DNA of 45,414 nt, from assembly GCA_030167865.1 (NCBI GenBank), contig JALAGF010004863.1, positions 1 to 45,414 of the forward strand, read 5' to 3'. Each line of letters starts with the position of its first letter. Position 1 is the first letter of the stretch. Positions 22,363 through 34,019 of this stretch are shown here, piece by piece. The DNA comes from Craspedostauros australis (Eukaryota). The notes below the pieces were generated by a model that was not told the origin of the DNA, searched no databases, and saw only the letters and a program-made list of their open reading frames with translations. The translations under genes were made by a program, and so were the position numbers.

Positions 22363-24133
22363 CTAGGCTGACTCTTCGGCCTCCACAGCCGAGTCGCTGG
22401 GTTCCATCGCTGCAGATACAGTCTTTTGTTTGTCGTTGTCATCCGATGAATGCTGCGACACGCTGATACCTTCATCCTTGACCACCTCGTGGTTGGCTTC
22501 CGCAACGACCTCGTCCCACGGATTGGAACACCGCAGCAGACAGATGGCGGCGAGAAACCCAAAGCTCGTGATGACGACGCCCCATGTCTGATCGATACCG
22601 GACTCGACGAGGACCGTGAACAGCAGCGGCGGCAGCCAACCCAGGATCTGCGTCGCATAGACGAAGAATCCGGACAGCTCGGCTTCCTGGCCCTTCGGCA
22701 GGCACATGCTGAAGTACAGGTTCTCGGTGCAGTAGAACCAGCCAAGGCAGAGACCGACGCAAACGCCCCAGATGTAGGTTGCCAGTCCGCCCAGATCGCC
22801 GATTCCCAGGATCAACGCGCCGGCCACGAGCACCAGCAGCAGCACGCCCATGCAGATGCTCCAGGAGGTGTTGGGGTTGAGGCGAGATGTCACCATCGAT
22901 CCGAATTTGGCGCCGGGCAGGGTGCTGAGCAACGTGACCAGGAAGAAGATGCCAATTTCAGCCGAGCTGAGGCCCAGCGTCTCGTCGAGGAAGATGACGG
23001 CAACCGAGGTGATGGCGGCGGCGGCTGTTACAGCGAGAGAAGGATCATGTGGAAGCCATAGATGGCATATCAGTATGCACGAGTATGGATGTGAGACAGT
23101 TGCCTTTGCATACATACGTTCAAGAGTACCACAACAAGACAGAGTAAACGCACGATGATGTCACCGCCGCAATGACGACTCATGAACTCGACTTACATGC
23201 TTCCGCGAAGACGACGGCCAAAAAGAACCACTTCAAACCGCCACTGTAATGTTGGTGAATCTTCTTCGCCGTCAACCAATTCTGGCGGAAACCTTCCGTG
23301 AGCAGCGAATGTCCCTCCGGCAGCGGATTGTTGGCCTCCGCCTCGGGCATGCGCTTCCAGCCATGGTAGAAGCACAGGGAGATCCACACGACATTGATTG
23401 CCTGGCTGACTTGCCCCGTCACGACGTCCGACAAACCCAAGATGGTCGAAACCACGATGATGAGGAGAAGGTACGATGTTTGCGATCCGAACTGGCAGAT
23501 CGTGAATCGCGACGTGTATTGCGTCATCTTGTCTTGACCGACATCGCTCGCCGTCTGCGGCAGGTACGCGTAGACCACGACGACTAGAATTTGGTAGATG
23601 AAGCCGGCGAGGGCCTGCAGGATGAGCATTGGAAACCACGTCGCAGCCACCGTTCCGACCTGAATGGCCTGGATGATGGTCATGGCAGCCACGGAGCCAA
23701 TGCCGATGGTCTTGCGGTGTGGCGTGAAGTCGACGATCGCACCGACAATGGGCATGAGGAAGGCGGACAGCAGACCCGTGATGACGACCGTGTTGGCCAT
23801 GAGACCCGCGGGCGTGAAGCCGTACACCCTTTTGCCGCAATCGTCGATGGTTTCGTCATTTTCGTCCAAGCATCCAGCCTCGTCGTTGGCCAGGTACAGG
23901 AATGACGTCGTGAGGAAGATGTTGGCCATGACGACCGCGCCACGGCCCATGGCCAACATGGACCAGCCGATGGCTGGCAGATATCCATCATAGTGGAAGT
24001 AATTGCAGCACTTGTTGCATGGAGAGAAACACGCACAGCACGATGTCATCGTTTCTTCATGTTTGATCGCCGTATTCTTTTCCGACAGTTGTTCTGATCT
24101 GCAGACGTCGTCGTCACTGTGATTTTGCGCCAT
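22363..24133 (-). CDS. MFS transporter, Atg22/UMF1-like; complement(join(22363..23024,23197..24133))
   Basis: Many TM helices; MPIVGAIVDFTPHRK, YAYLPQ, LPKGQEAELSGFF, ILGWLPPLLF. GTAAGT..CAG intron at 23025-23196. ATG at 24133 (MAQNHS). Confidence 0.82.
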
Positions 24134-24157
24134 GGTTGCTCTGTGTTTCAACGATTA

Positions 24158-24184
24158 GTATGGTATGGTATGGTATGGTATGGT
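24158..24184. repeat. (GTATG)n pentanucleotide microsatellite just 5' of the Atg22-like gene
   Basis: Direct reading. Confidence 0.85.
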
Positions 24185-25755
24185 GGCTCGTACTGCTCGA
24201 ATCTTCTTTGGAGATTCGATGGGTGGAGATGTTGCTTGTCTGTTTGCCGAATCCTCGTACGTGCTGTGAACAGAAATATGATCGCTGCGTGCGACTATGG
24301 ACTGGAATGATATGGTGCAGTGGCTACACTCGTACTCTTGCGGATGCTCCAGTATTAGTGCAGTTGCGTCGTTCTGCGTTGTGTTGTGAGATGAGAGACT
24401 CTCGATTCTGAAATGACGAAAGGCGTTGTCGAAGGGTGGGTGGGAACAAAGAGAAAGTTGTGGCGGCAATGTCGAGAATGGCAAGTGCGCAGAGCCGGGA
24501 TGGTGTCAACGCGGAGAGAGAGTACGAATTGTCGTGTGAGAGGGAAAGTGGAGACATGGAGAAAGGGTAGCCTGTGCACGTTTCCTGCTACCCAGTCAAG
24601 TGTCGCGATCTTCGCATCCTGTCGACCAGGCGAGCAACGGTCGTTTTGCATGCAACCATCGCGCGTGAAGAGGTCGGTGAAGTTGTATGTGACGATTCGC
24701 CGCGTGCGCTTGTGGCTATGTTGCGTTGGATGTCGCATGGAACCGGTGAATCCAAGTTCCACGGTTCACTCACACCAAATTATGATTCCAACGGTCTCCG
24801 ATTTGAGCTCTTCCCAACACAATTCGTTGGGTGGTTGACTGGTCGATTTGCTTCCTCTTTCTTTGTTCAGTTGGGATCTTTGGATGATTGTGCGATTGCG
24901 TTGCGTTGCGTTGTGCTATCTTTTGTGAGCATCGGGGTGGTGATGCCGGTTTGAATGGGGAAGACGTCGTCGCCACAGTTTGGTGTCGTGGGCGTCAGGA
25001 TTGGAACAACGACTCGCACAAGAGATGTGACGCAGAAACACGGTGCGAACGGTGACATTCTGCATGCTCCTCAAGGTGACACCGCACACTCGCGCCAACA
25101 ACAACACGGAAGCCACGTGGGAACTTGTGGGATCACAGCGTCGACCCAAAAACTGTGTCGTTGTGACACTCGCATTGAGGACCCCCCATTCAGGGTTCGC
25201 AAGTGGAATCTTGTCGATTCTGAAACGGACAACACGACTTTTCTTCCAAGTCCGTCCAGTTGGGCTAGACATATTTAGCTAGGAGACAGCCGAAACACCA
25301 ACGTGAATGGTCACCTTGTGATTTTTACCTCCAACACAACAGAACACTCACAGGATCGCACACTTGGACTCATTGGACCAGAAATCTATGAAAGGTCCAT
25401 AAAATTTCAAATATGAACTGTAGCAACATGAGCTTAACTTTTCCTTTTTCATGCGACGGTGAGGATTCTGAATATGTGGTCGTTTTCCATATATCAAGAA
25501 AAAGTTGACATGCTTGATTGCGGACAGCAGGTGGACTCGCTCGGCGGGGTCGGAACACTCGTCGACCTAGCCATCAGGCATCCGTCCTTGTCTGACCAAG
25601 GGCTGTTCCCCTCAGCTCTTTGCCAAAGGGTGGTTCCACAGGCGAAGGGCGCGCCACGAAGCCCAAGTGAGCATCATCAATCGAAGATGCGCACAGAGAG
25701 AGCAAGTCCCGCTCGCAACAGACATCACCAAAAAGCACTTCACGACCTCGAACAT

Positions 25756-25909
25756 CCGTTGTCACTGGAGCACGTTTATGCAGAGATCTTGCGACGTCTG
25801 TTGCCACAGCGGGAGCTGAAGTAATCTCCCGTTGTCACTGGAGCACGTTTATGCAGAGATCTTGCGACGTCTGTTGCGACAGCGGGAGCTGAAGTAATCT
25901 CCCGTTGTC
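25756..25909. repeat. 73-bp tandem duplication (2.1 copies, 1 mismatch)
   Basis: CCGTTGTCACTGGAGCAC...GAAGTAATCTC starts at 25756 and 25829, and CCGTTGTC recurs at 25902. The copies differ only at TTGCCAC/TTGCGAC. Confidence 0.95.
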
Positions 25910-26068
25910 CACGGAACGCTGAGCAAAAATGGCGAGGCGAAATGAAATGAGCGCCACAATGTCCGATGCCCAACTGTGGCTTCGCCGTTGTTGCCACCTC
26001 CACGAAGTTGAAAGTTTTCCGAAGTTTCTGGGATCCAAACTCATGCTCAACATCCACAAGGAGGAAGA

Positions 26069-26131
26069 GCACGCAAACAACGCAAACAACTCAAACAACG
26101 CAAACAACGCAAACAAAGCAAACAAAGCAAG
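26069..26131. repeat. 9-bp tandem repeat ACGCAAACA-like x ~7
   Basis: Direct reading. Confidence 0.8.
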
Positions 26132-26263
26132 CAACGCCAGAGCATGATTCGGGTGGCATCCAAAGAGTTTCACCCTTCAAGCGATTGTTTGCCATCACCC
26201 ACAAAATCGAGAACAGACCAGCTCAACTCAACTTGACTCAAGGCCAAAGCGCACACACAACAA

Positions 26264-26301
26264 NNNNNNNNNNNNNNNNNNNNNNNNNNNNNNNNNNNNN
26301 N
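26264..26301. other. Assembly gap within a (CAA)n tract
   Basis: Run of N flanked by CAA repeats. Confidence 0.95.
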
Positions 26302-26320
26302 ACAACAACAACACGCAACC

Positions 26321-28213
26321 ATGCCACCCATGAAGAAAGACATCCTCGCTCTCGTCATCGCACAGAGCATCATCTGCAACGGCGTCGATGCTGTGCTCGA
26401 CACGAGCAGCCGCACCAAGGTCGCCCCAGATCTCAACGTCGATGTCGACATCAACGCTCTTCAAGCGAAGTTCGGCAAGCTGGCAGCTGAGCGCAAGGCC
26501 AAGATCTTGGCGTTCAACTCTGCCCACGCTGACAACACCAAGATCACAGCACAAGACACCGAAGACAAGGTGAACATGCTCCTCTCTGACACCTCCTCCG
26601 TGCCCAACATCGATGATCTTGTTCCCAACTTCAAGGACGCCAACACCAAGGCCAAGACAAGCAACTTCCGTCGTCGACGTGCCACCTCTTCCACCAACAC
26701 CAAGAGCGAGGACAAGAACAAGCTTGAGCGTAAGCTTGAGCGCAAGTTCACCGATCTTGGCCGTCTTCAAGGCACCATTGATGATGCCGAGAAGGGTGCG
26801 TTGCTTGCGTCCATCGCAGAACTTCGTCATGAGGGGACGGCCGAAACCCTCAATGCTCACAACCGCCACCTCAAGTCCCCCAAATCTGAGAAATCGTCAA
26901 AGGGAGCCAAGTCTGAGAAGTCGTCCAAGTCCAACAAGGCATTCAAGTCGTGCTTCACTGGAACGGCCGAAGATGTCATCGCAAAGTGCGCAGACGAGGA
27001 GGCTAGTTGCTGTCAAGCACCAGTCAATGAGACAGCGTGTGCGTGGGGCAGCGACCGACGCGTGACGGTGTGCCCCAACTCCTGCAATGGCAATTCCTCT
27101 TGCGCATTCAGTCTCAACGAGACAACGGCCATCACGATTGCTCCCTACGCTTGCAATGGCGTGGTTGCCTGCGCTGGCATCGAGATATCAATTCCTTCTT
27201 ACGCTTGCAATGGCACCTACAGTTGCACAGACAGCACCGGTAAAGTCAGTGAGTATTCTTGCAACGGTTACGGTGCTTGCTACAAAAACTCAGGCGATAT
27301 CTCCGCATCCTCGTGCTTGGGGAGGGATTCGTGTGATCGGAATATGGGCGACATTAGCGAGGATTCTTGCAATGGCCGCTTCAGTTGCGGATACAACACC
27401 GGCAAAGTCAGTGAGTCTTCTTGCAACAGCTACGCTGCTTGCTCATATAACTCAGGCGATATCTCCGCATTCTCGTGCATTGGTGGGAGTTCGTGTGATG
27501 CGAATAGGGGGGACATCAGCGAATTTTCTTGCATCGCAGACTACGCATGTTCCTCCAACAAAGGCGACGTCCCGAAAAACTCCTGCAATGGCCGCTTCAG
27601 TTGCGGATACAACACCGGCAAAGTCAGCGAGTATTCTTGCAGCGGCGACAAGGCTTGCATATCAAACTCAGGCGATATCTCCACATTCTCATGCGTTGGG
27701 AATCATGCTTGCAACGCCAATGAAGGAAACGTCGATGCCGGATCCTGCATTGGGAATGATGCTTGCGACTGCAATGGAGGAAACGTCGATGCCGGATCCT
27801 GCATTGGAGAGGAAGCTTGCTACTACAATGAAGGAAACGTCGATGCCGGATCCTGCATTGGAGAGGAAGCTTGCTACTACAATGAAGGAAAGGTCGATGC
27901 CGGATCCTGTATCGGCGAAAACGCCTGCACCGCCAACGAAGGCACGATTGCTGCAAGCTCCTGCCTCGGCAACTTCACTTGTCGCGAGAACGCTGGCGAC
28001 ATCGGCCAGGACTCCTGCCAAGGCCCATACGCCTGTTTCTTCAACAAGGCCGACGTGGGCATGGGATCGTGCTACGAATTCGCAGCATGCCGCCTCAACA
28101 CCGGAATGGTTGGGGACGGAGCCTGCCGTGGCAATTCCTCGTGTTTCAACAACACTGACGTCATCCCCGATGGAGAATGCATCGGCGTAGAAGCGTGCGC
28201 TGTGATGCCATGA
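26321..28213 (+). CDS. Secreted protein: signal peptide, pro-region, RHL + (KXX)n segment, then ~21 Cys-rich 18-aa repeats (630 aa)
   Basis: MKKDILALVIAQSIICNGVDA signal-like N-terminus; NRHL-KSPKSEKSSKGAKSEKSSKSNKAFK; repeats [SA]C[NI]Gxx[AS]CxxNxGx[IV]; 54-bp DNA periodicity; strong C-ending codon bias. Confidence 0.85.
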   Translation: MPPMKKDILALVIAQSIICNGVDAVLDTSSRTKVAPDLNVDVDINALQAKFGKLAAERKAKILAFNSAHADNTKITAQDTEDKVNMLLSDTSSVPNIDDLVPNFKDANTKAKTSNFRRRRATSSTNTKSEDKNKLERKLERKFTDLGRLQGTIDDAEKGALLASIAELRHEGTAETLNAHNRHLKSPKSEKSSKGAKSEKSSKSNKAFKSCFTGTAEDVIAKCADEEASCCQAPVNETACAWGSDRRVTVCPNSCNGNSSCAFSLNETTAITIAPYACNGVVACAGIEISIPSYACNGTYSCTDSTGKVSEYSCNGYGACYKNSGDISASSCLGRDSCDRNMGDISEDSCNGRFSCGYNTGKVSESSCNSYAACSYNSGDISAFSCIGGSSCDANRGDISEFSCIADYACSSNKGDVPKNSCNGRFSCGYNTGKVSEYSCSGDKACISNSGDISTFSCVGNHACNANEGNVDAGSCIGNDACDCNGGNVDAGSCIGEEACYYNEGNVDAGSCIGEEACYYNEGKVDAGSCIGENACTANEGTIAASSCLGNFTCRENAGDIGQDSCQGPYACFFNKADVGMGSCYEFAACRLNTGMVGDGACRGNSSCFNNTDVIPDGECIGVEACAVMP

Positions 28214-29037
28214 ACAATCTTCGCATTTGATGTCGATGTTCATCGTCATCCCCGTTTCTGAAGAGCAAGATATAATACTACAGTTCCAGAGTAAATAAAT
28301 AGCAGTTGAATGCATGTATTTGTGTCTCTGCGCCCACAACCTTCGCCGTGTGAATATAGACTCTGTCACTGCCACCACAATCATAATCATCGACGTCGAC
28401 CATCGTCATCATCATCGACGACAGCACGCACACTTGCACAAACCTGTTTCTCCTCTCTCTCGCTTCGCTCTTTGTATCTCAATTTCCCATTGCCACTGCA
28501 CATCCAACGAACCAAAACGGCGGCGGGATCCTTTCCGCAACTCTCCCAACACAGCCAACGATAAGAAAACAGCGACGATGGCGCTCACATCGCAACGCAA
28601 CGCACCACGCCGTCAATCACGCAGCCGCTCTGCTCAAATCGTCGCACACCAACGAAGCTGCCGACAGATTGTTTTGCCCCCGTCGATTGGTCTTGCTTCC
28701 TTTTGTGGTGTCGCGTTGTTCCGCTCCTTTTGTTGAACAAACACAAACGTCGATTGTATCTCTCTTCCCAACGTTGCACATGCAATTGCGGGATTGGCTG
28801 TTTGCACAAAGCATGACCCCATTCAGGGTCCGCAAGTACAATCCTCCTGATTTTGAATCGGACATCATTGCTTTTTTGGAAAACGATGTGGCGTGTTGTG
28901 TATTAGGGTTCTGTGCACTCTTGCCTTGCCTTGCATGTCTGGATGGGTGGGTGGGTGGACCAGCCACCACATGAGATCGCACCTCGCTGCACATCACCAA
29001 GATCGCCCTTGCCACGCATCCTTCGCACACGATGCGC

Positions 29038-31212
29038 TCATATCTTGGCACCCGAGATCACCTGCTGCTCCAAGTCGTGCATCCTCGCCTTCATCTCCTT
29101 GAGGGTGCTTTTGTGGTTTCGCTCCCTCTCCTCCGCAAGCAGCGTTTGGTTATTGGTGTGCAGCAGGTCGTTCTCCTCGTACGGATCCTTGTCGAGGTAG
29201 AAGAGCTGCTCGTAATTGTACTGCGGCCAGAAGATGTACTTTGCTTCCTTGCGGACCAAAGCCGTGTTGGATGGCAGCTGGATCTTGGGACCGACCCATT
29301 CGTACCAGAACTCCTTCCTCCACGTGGCCTTGGCTTCGTGTGGATTGAGATACAGCTGCGCAATGTCTCTGCCCTGCATGCGTTCTGGCACGGTGACGTT
29401 GGCAGCACCCAAGATGGTCGGTGCCAAATCGATGTTCAAAGTGAATTCATCATTCGTCGTTCCCCTCAGTTTCTGCGGCATGCGAGGATCTCGAATGATC
29501 AGCGGGACGCGTATCGATTCCTCGTAGGCAAACCATTTCTCAGCGAGACCGTGTTGACCTGATCATTGACATCAACATGAACATGAACATCAGCATGAAC
29601 ATGGTGAACAGGATTTTGTGAGCCAGTGTGTTTGTAGAATCAGAGAGTTCGAGTGTGAGTGCGAGTGAGAGTGCGAGAGAATACTAGAGTGCATGCGCCC
29701 CATGTGACTAGATGCAGCATCTGGTCCACAAACAAGCATCGATATGAGCACACACGCATCATACATGAACACTGCATTGCACTGCACTTACCATGAAAGT
29801 TACCATTGTCTGTTGCAGAATCAATGTGGACGTGTGGGTGAAACGATAACAAGTGGCAGACGTGGCAGAATGTGAAATATAATTGCATGATGGAAAGGAT
29901 CGGAGTGAGTGACAACACCGACATGCTCGTACCAACAGAATGCGCCATTTGCACGCAGCGTTGAACATATCAACAAGTCCGGCGGTACCCCATCTCCATT
30001 TCCATCGCCATCCCCGCTACCGACATGATCCGATTCACTGTTCGATGATAGTCTCGAATTGTACGTACCTGTCGTGAAGATGATGAGCGTGTCATCGTAC
30101 ACACCTTGGGCCTTCAATTCGTCGATCAATCTGCCACAGGCCGAGTCAACCTCCGTCGCCATACGATACGTGTTCTTCATCATGTGCTGGAACTTCTCCT
30201 CCGGAAAGTACCGCTTCCTCGCCCGCCCACGTCCGAAATTGTTCGGCTTCTTGAAGAAGGGTGGCAAATCATCGATATGCTTTTGCGTCATCGTTTTGGG
30301 ACGCGGCACCGGCTCGTTGACATACATCCACATGCTGCTGTTCATCGGCCGGTACTGCTCCTTGCTGCCGTCTTCGGCGTGCGTGGCAAAGAAGCTCACC
30401 GTCAACAGGAAGGGACGGCGCTTGGGCCGTTTGCGCAAGAATTCCATCGCGTCTTCCTCGTTCCATTGCGTGATGTGCTTCACGACGTCGCCCCTTTTGG
30501 GATAATGATTGCCAAAATAGAATCGCGAAAAGTCGAACGTCGGTTGCGCCTTGTACGGCGGCGGCGATGGATGATGCCACTTGCCGACGAGCGCGTTGAC
30601 GTAGTTGCTTGCGGACGTGCGCAGCATCGAGAACAGCGAGTACTCCCAATTGTCGCCTTGATACATGCCGATATCAGAGTACGGCTGCCACGTGTTGTGC
30701 ACGGAGGCGTACTGTCCCGTGTACAGAGTGGCTCGGCTGACCATGCAGATGGAGGTCGTGACGCAGTTGTGGGTGAACAGCATGCCTTCGCGCGCCAGTT
30801 CGTCAAGGCGTGGCGTTGCGACGTAGTTGTTGCCCAGCGCTCCCAGCGTCGTGAAGCTCCAGTCGTCGGCGTAGAGCAGCAAGATGTTCAGTGGTTTCGA
30901 TCCACGCGGATTGGGTGCTGCGGAATCTGGCGGATCTCCGCTGCTGTGGTTGTTGTCACTGTTGTTGTCGCTGTTGTTGAGATGGACGGAATCGTAGTAG
31001 GAGTGGAGCTTGTCCACGACACCGTCAATCTCGAAGGCGAGGTTCTGCGGCATGGCATTGCTGTGAGCCACTGCCGTGATGATTGCTGCAAACACAATGA
31101 ACGCAAATGCCAGCAGTACATTCCGGCTCGTTGACTGCTTCACCTTCGGGCGAGCGGCGCCATCGGATGCATCTGCGGCGGTCCCATGTTCTCGTTCTTG
31201 GGATGTGGCCAT
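29038..31212 (-). CDS. Formylglycine-type (S1) sulfatase with N-terminal membrane anchor; complement(join(29038..29558,29792..29809,30069..31212)), ~560 aa
   Basis: [108 protein letters not shown]. Two GT-AG introns reconstruct the frame. Confidence 0.9.
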
Positions 31213-31569
31213 CCTGTTGCAAGGTCAGACAAAGCTGTGTGTTGTGATGGTGGTCGGAAGATTTCCCCTTTGATGTGAGAGGAGATGAGGAAGGTATCTC
31301 AAAGGTAGAGTTTCTTGGAAATTTCACTTCTGGTTAAATTAGGCCATTTTCGGTATGTTGTAGCTACCGAAGTGGTAGGTCGTCATGCTTCGGCTCCGAT
31401 CAAGAGAGGTTGTGGATGAAACGCGATGGGGGAGTGTAGCCTTGGTCGATCTCTGCGAGCTGTACATACACACCTACCTCCAGAGTACTCGACCCTACAA
31501 GCATTCGCTCAAAAAGGCATAGTGCGCCAACATTGTGCTCGATAGGATCTGTCCTTTTCATCGCCATGT

Positions 31570-32738
31570 CTACATTCCAGCTGAGGTGTAACGATACGCC
31601 ATCTCCTTCTTGTGCTGGCGGCTGTACGACTGACCCAGCAGCTTGTCCTCAAAACCATTTCCACGATCTGTTCCATCCCATCTGTATCCAGGACGGATGC
31701 CAAAGCGATTGGCCTTCGGAGGTGGGCCCTTGTACACCGGGCGTGTCATCATTGCCAATCGCTTCGCTGCTTCACCATCGACATCCATTGACTGCGTCCT
31801 CTTCTCGCCACTGCCACTGCCACTGCCACTACTACTGCCACCGTCATCACTGTCTTCGTCACCAGAACCGCCACCACCACCACCTCCTCCTCGCTTCCTG
31901 TTCTTCTTGCCTTCCTTCTTCATCCGCTTCTTCTCCTTCTTCTCTCGCTTCACCTCCTTCTTCAGACGCTTCATCTCTCGCGTCTGCCTCATCTCCATCT
32001 CGTACGCCGCCATCGGATCATCCTTGTGGATCACGCTCTTGCGATAGTCCTCCAGCTCGCCATCATCCACACGACGAGCAAACGATGAGTCCTGCAGATT
32101 CGCAAACTCCTGTGCAGCAGCACGGTCTCTCGCAGCCTGGACACGACCAGTGTTCAACATCTGTTGCTGTTCCTTTGACAGCTTCTGTTGCTGCTTCTGT
32201 ATCTGCTTCTGATGTGCTCCACCGCCATCACCGTTGCTGCCTCCATCCGGAAGCTGCGTCTTGCGTCCTTGCTCGTCTCTGTACACGGTCTCTCCCATTC
32301 CGTACTTGTCCACCATGTGCTGGGCATCACGGTGCTTGCTCTTCTGGAGGTTCACTTCGGCCTTCGTGAAGTCCTGTGCATTCTGAAGTCCGGCCAGATG
32401 TCCTGACTCCATCCGTTTTCGTGGGTCCTTGTTTCCATCGTCATCGTCATGGTCATCACTGCCGCTGTCGCCGTCGTCATCAGATGAGTCGTATCGTCTT
32501 CTTTGTTGTTGGGCCGTGTGGCTTTGCACAGGTGATGGGCTCCTGCTTCCACCGTTGCTTCCCTTGCCATCGCTGTCGTCGTCGCTGTCATATCGACGCG
32601 CGCGACCGCGGGTATCACCATCATTGCTGTTGCTGCCACCATCGCTGGAATCATCGTTGTCGTCATCAGAATCGTACCTTCGTCTCTGCTGTCCTCGTGT
32701 CTTGCTGGCACTTCGCACTGGTGATGGACTGCGATTTG

Positions 32739-32772
<34 letters not shown>

Positions 32773-33543
32773 GTTGGAATCATCATTGCTGGAATCGTTA
32801 TCACCGCCATTGCTGTTGTTGTTGCTGCCATCATCATCAGAATCATATCGACGGCGTTGCATGTTGCTGTCACTATCACTGCCACCACCATCATCGCTTG
32901 AGTCGTATCTCCTTCTCTTGGATGCTTCGTTCTTCTGCTTCTGCTTCTGTTTCTGTTGCTTCTCACTCATCTCCCGTGATGATCCATCATCGTGATCGGA
33001 AGCATCGGAAGCACCTGATGCATCAGAACCAGACTTGGATCCATCATCACTTCTTCCTTCCATCTCCCATGATCCACGCGATTGCTTCTGTGCATGCATC
33101 ATCCCACCAGACTTCTTGCCAGATGATGGTGATGATGATGAGATTGCATGACCTGCCAGCTCTTCCGATTCAACCACCACGGGACGATCTTCGTCGTCAA
33201 AATATCCATCCGCAGAGCTGTCGGAACGCTTGCCAGCGTAGGATCCATCCTCATCGCTGTCACGCAGCATCATGGCCGATGATTTGGACTTGGACTTGGA
33301 TGATTTGAAGAGGCCTGAGGACAGTCCATGGGTGTTGTTATGTTTGCCACGTTTGTCATGTTTGTGTCTCTTGCTCTGTTTCTCCTTCTTTTCTTTCTTC
33401 TTCTCATCTTTCTTCTGCTTCTTGTCCTTCTTGTCTTTCTTTGACTTGTTGGATGCCTTGTTGGATGCCTTGTTGGATGACTTGTTGGACGATGAGGGAA
33501 CGTCAGCGTACTTGGACAGGTAGTCGAGCTTGGAGGATGGCAT
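31570..33543 (-). CDS. BUD13: Pre-mRNA splicing factor BUD13/CWC26 (RES complex), ~657 aa
   Basis: N-terminal SKLDYLSKY, repeated RRRYDS, GETVYRDEQGRK, DDPMAAY and C-terminal NRFGIRPGYRWDGTDRGNGFE. Confidence 0.92.
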
Positions 33544-34019
33544 GGCTGCGACTGAGATTGCGACTGGGACTGCGACACTGGATACTGGTACGCGTTGCCT
33601 TTGCCCTTGGCTTTTGACGTTGTCTTTGTCCACGATCGGAGACAGATGGAGCAGGTGATCTGAGATGTCTTCAGCCTGTGCTGCTGAAGGATGATGGTGA
33701 TGATGATGGTGATGATGATGGTGATAATGTTGTTGGTCAATTGATGTGTTGGTTCGCGAAGATCTCTTGGTTGGTTGTTGCGTTGATTGGTTGGTTCATG
33801 ACAAATCACGAAACGCAGAGAATCCACATCATGGACTCGCACGACTACAAACAAAGACAATGGGAAAGGTAACGTGATTCGATCGCGAGAAACGGGACCC
33901 ACTACGGTGAACCACGAACTCCTGTCTGATCACATTCGCGTCATCGAAAGATGACATCCATCCCCATCGCTGCGGTGAGAGCACATCTCTCCAGAGAGTG
34001 GAGTATAATACCTATCTAG

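Noticed and set aside
8473-24133. Functional gene cluster of transporters (SLC43-like, Fluc, Atg22-like, ERD2-like)
   Set aside because: Interspersed with unrelated housekeeping genes; no shared pathway or regulatory motif is visible.
27087-28190. 367-aa alternative-frame ORF overlapping the Cys-repeat gene
   Set aside because: By-product of repeat structure and codon bias in the main frame.
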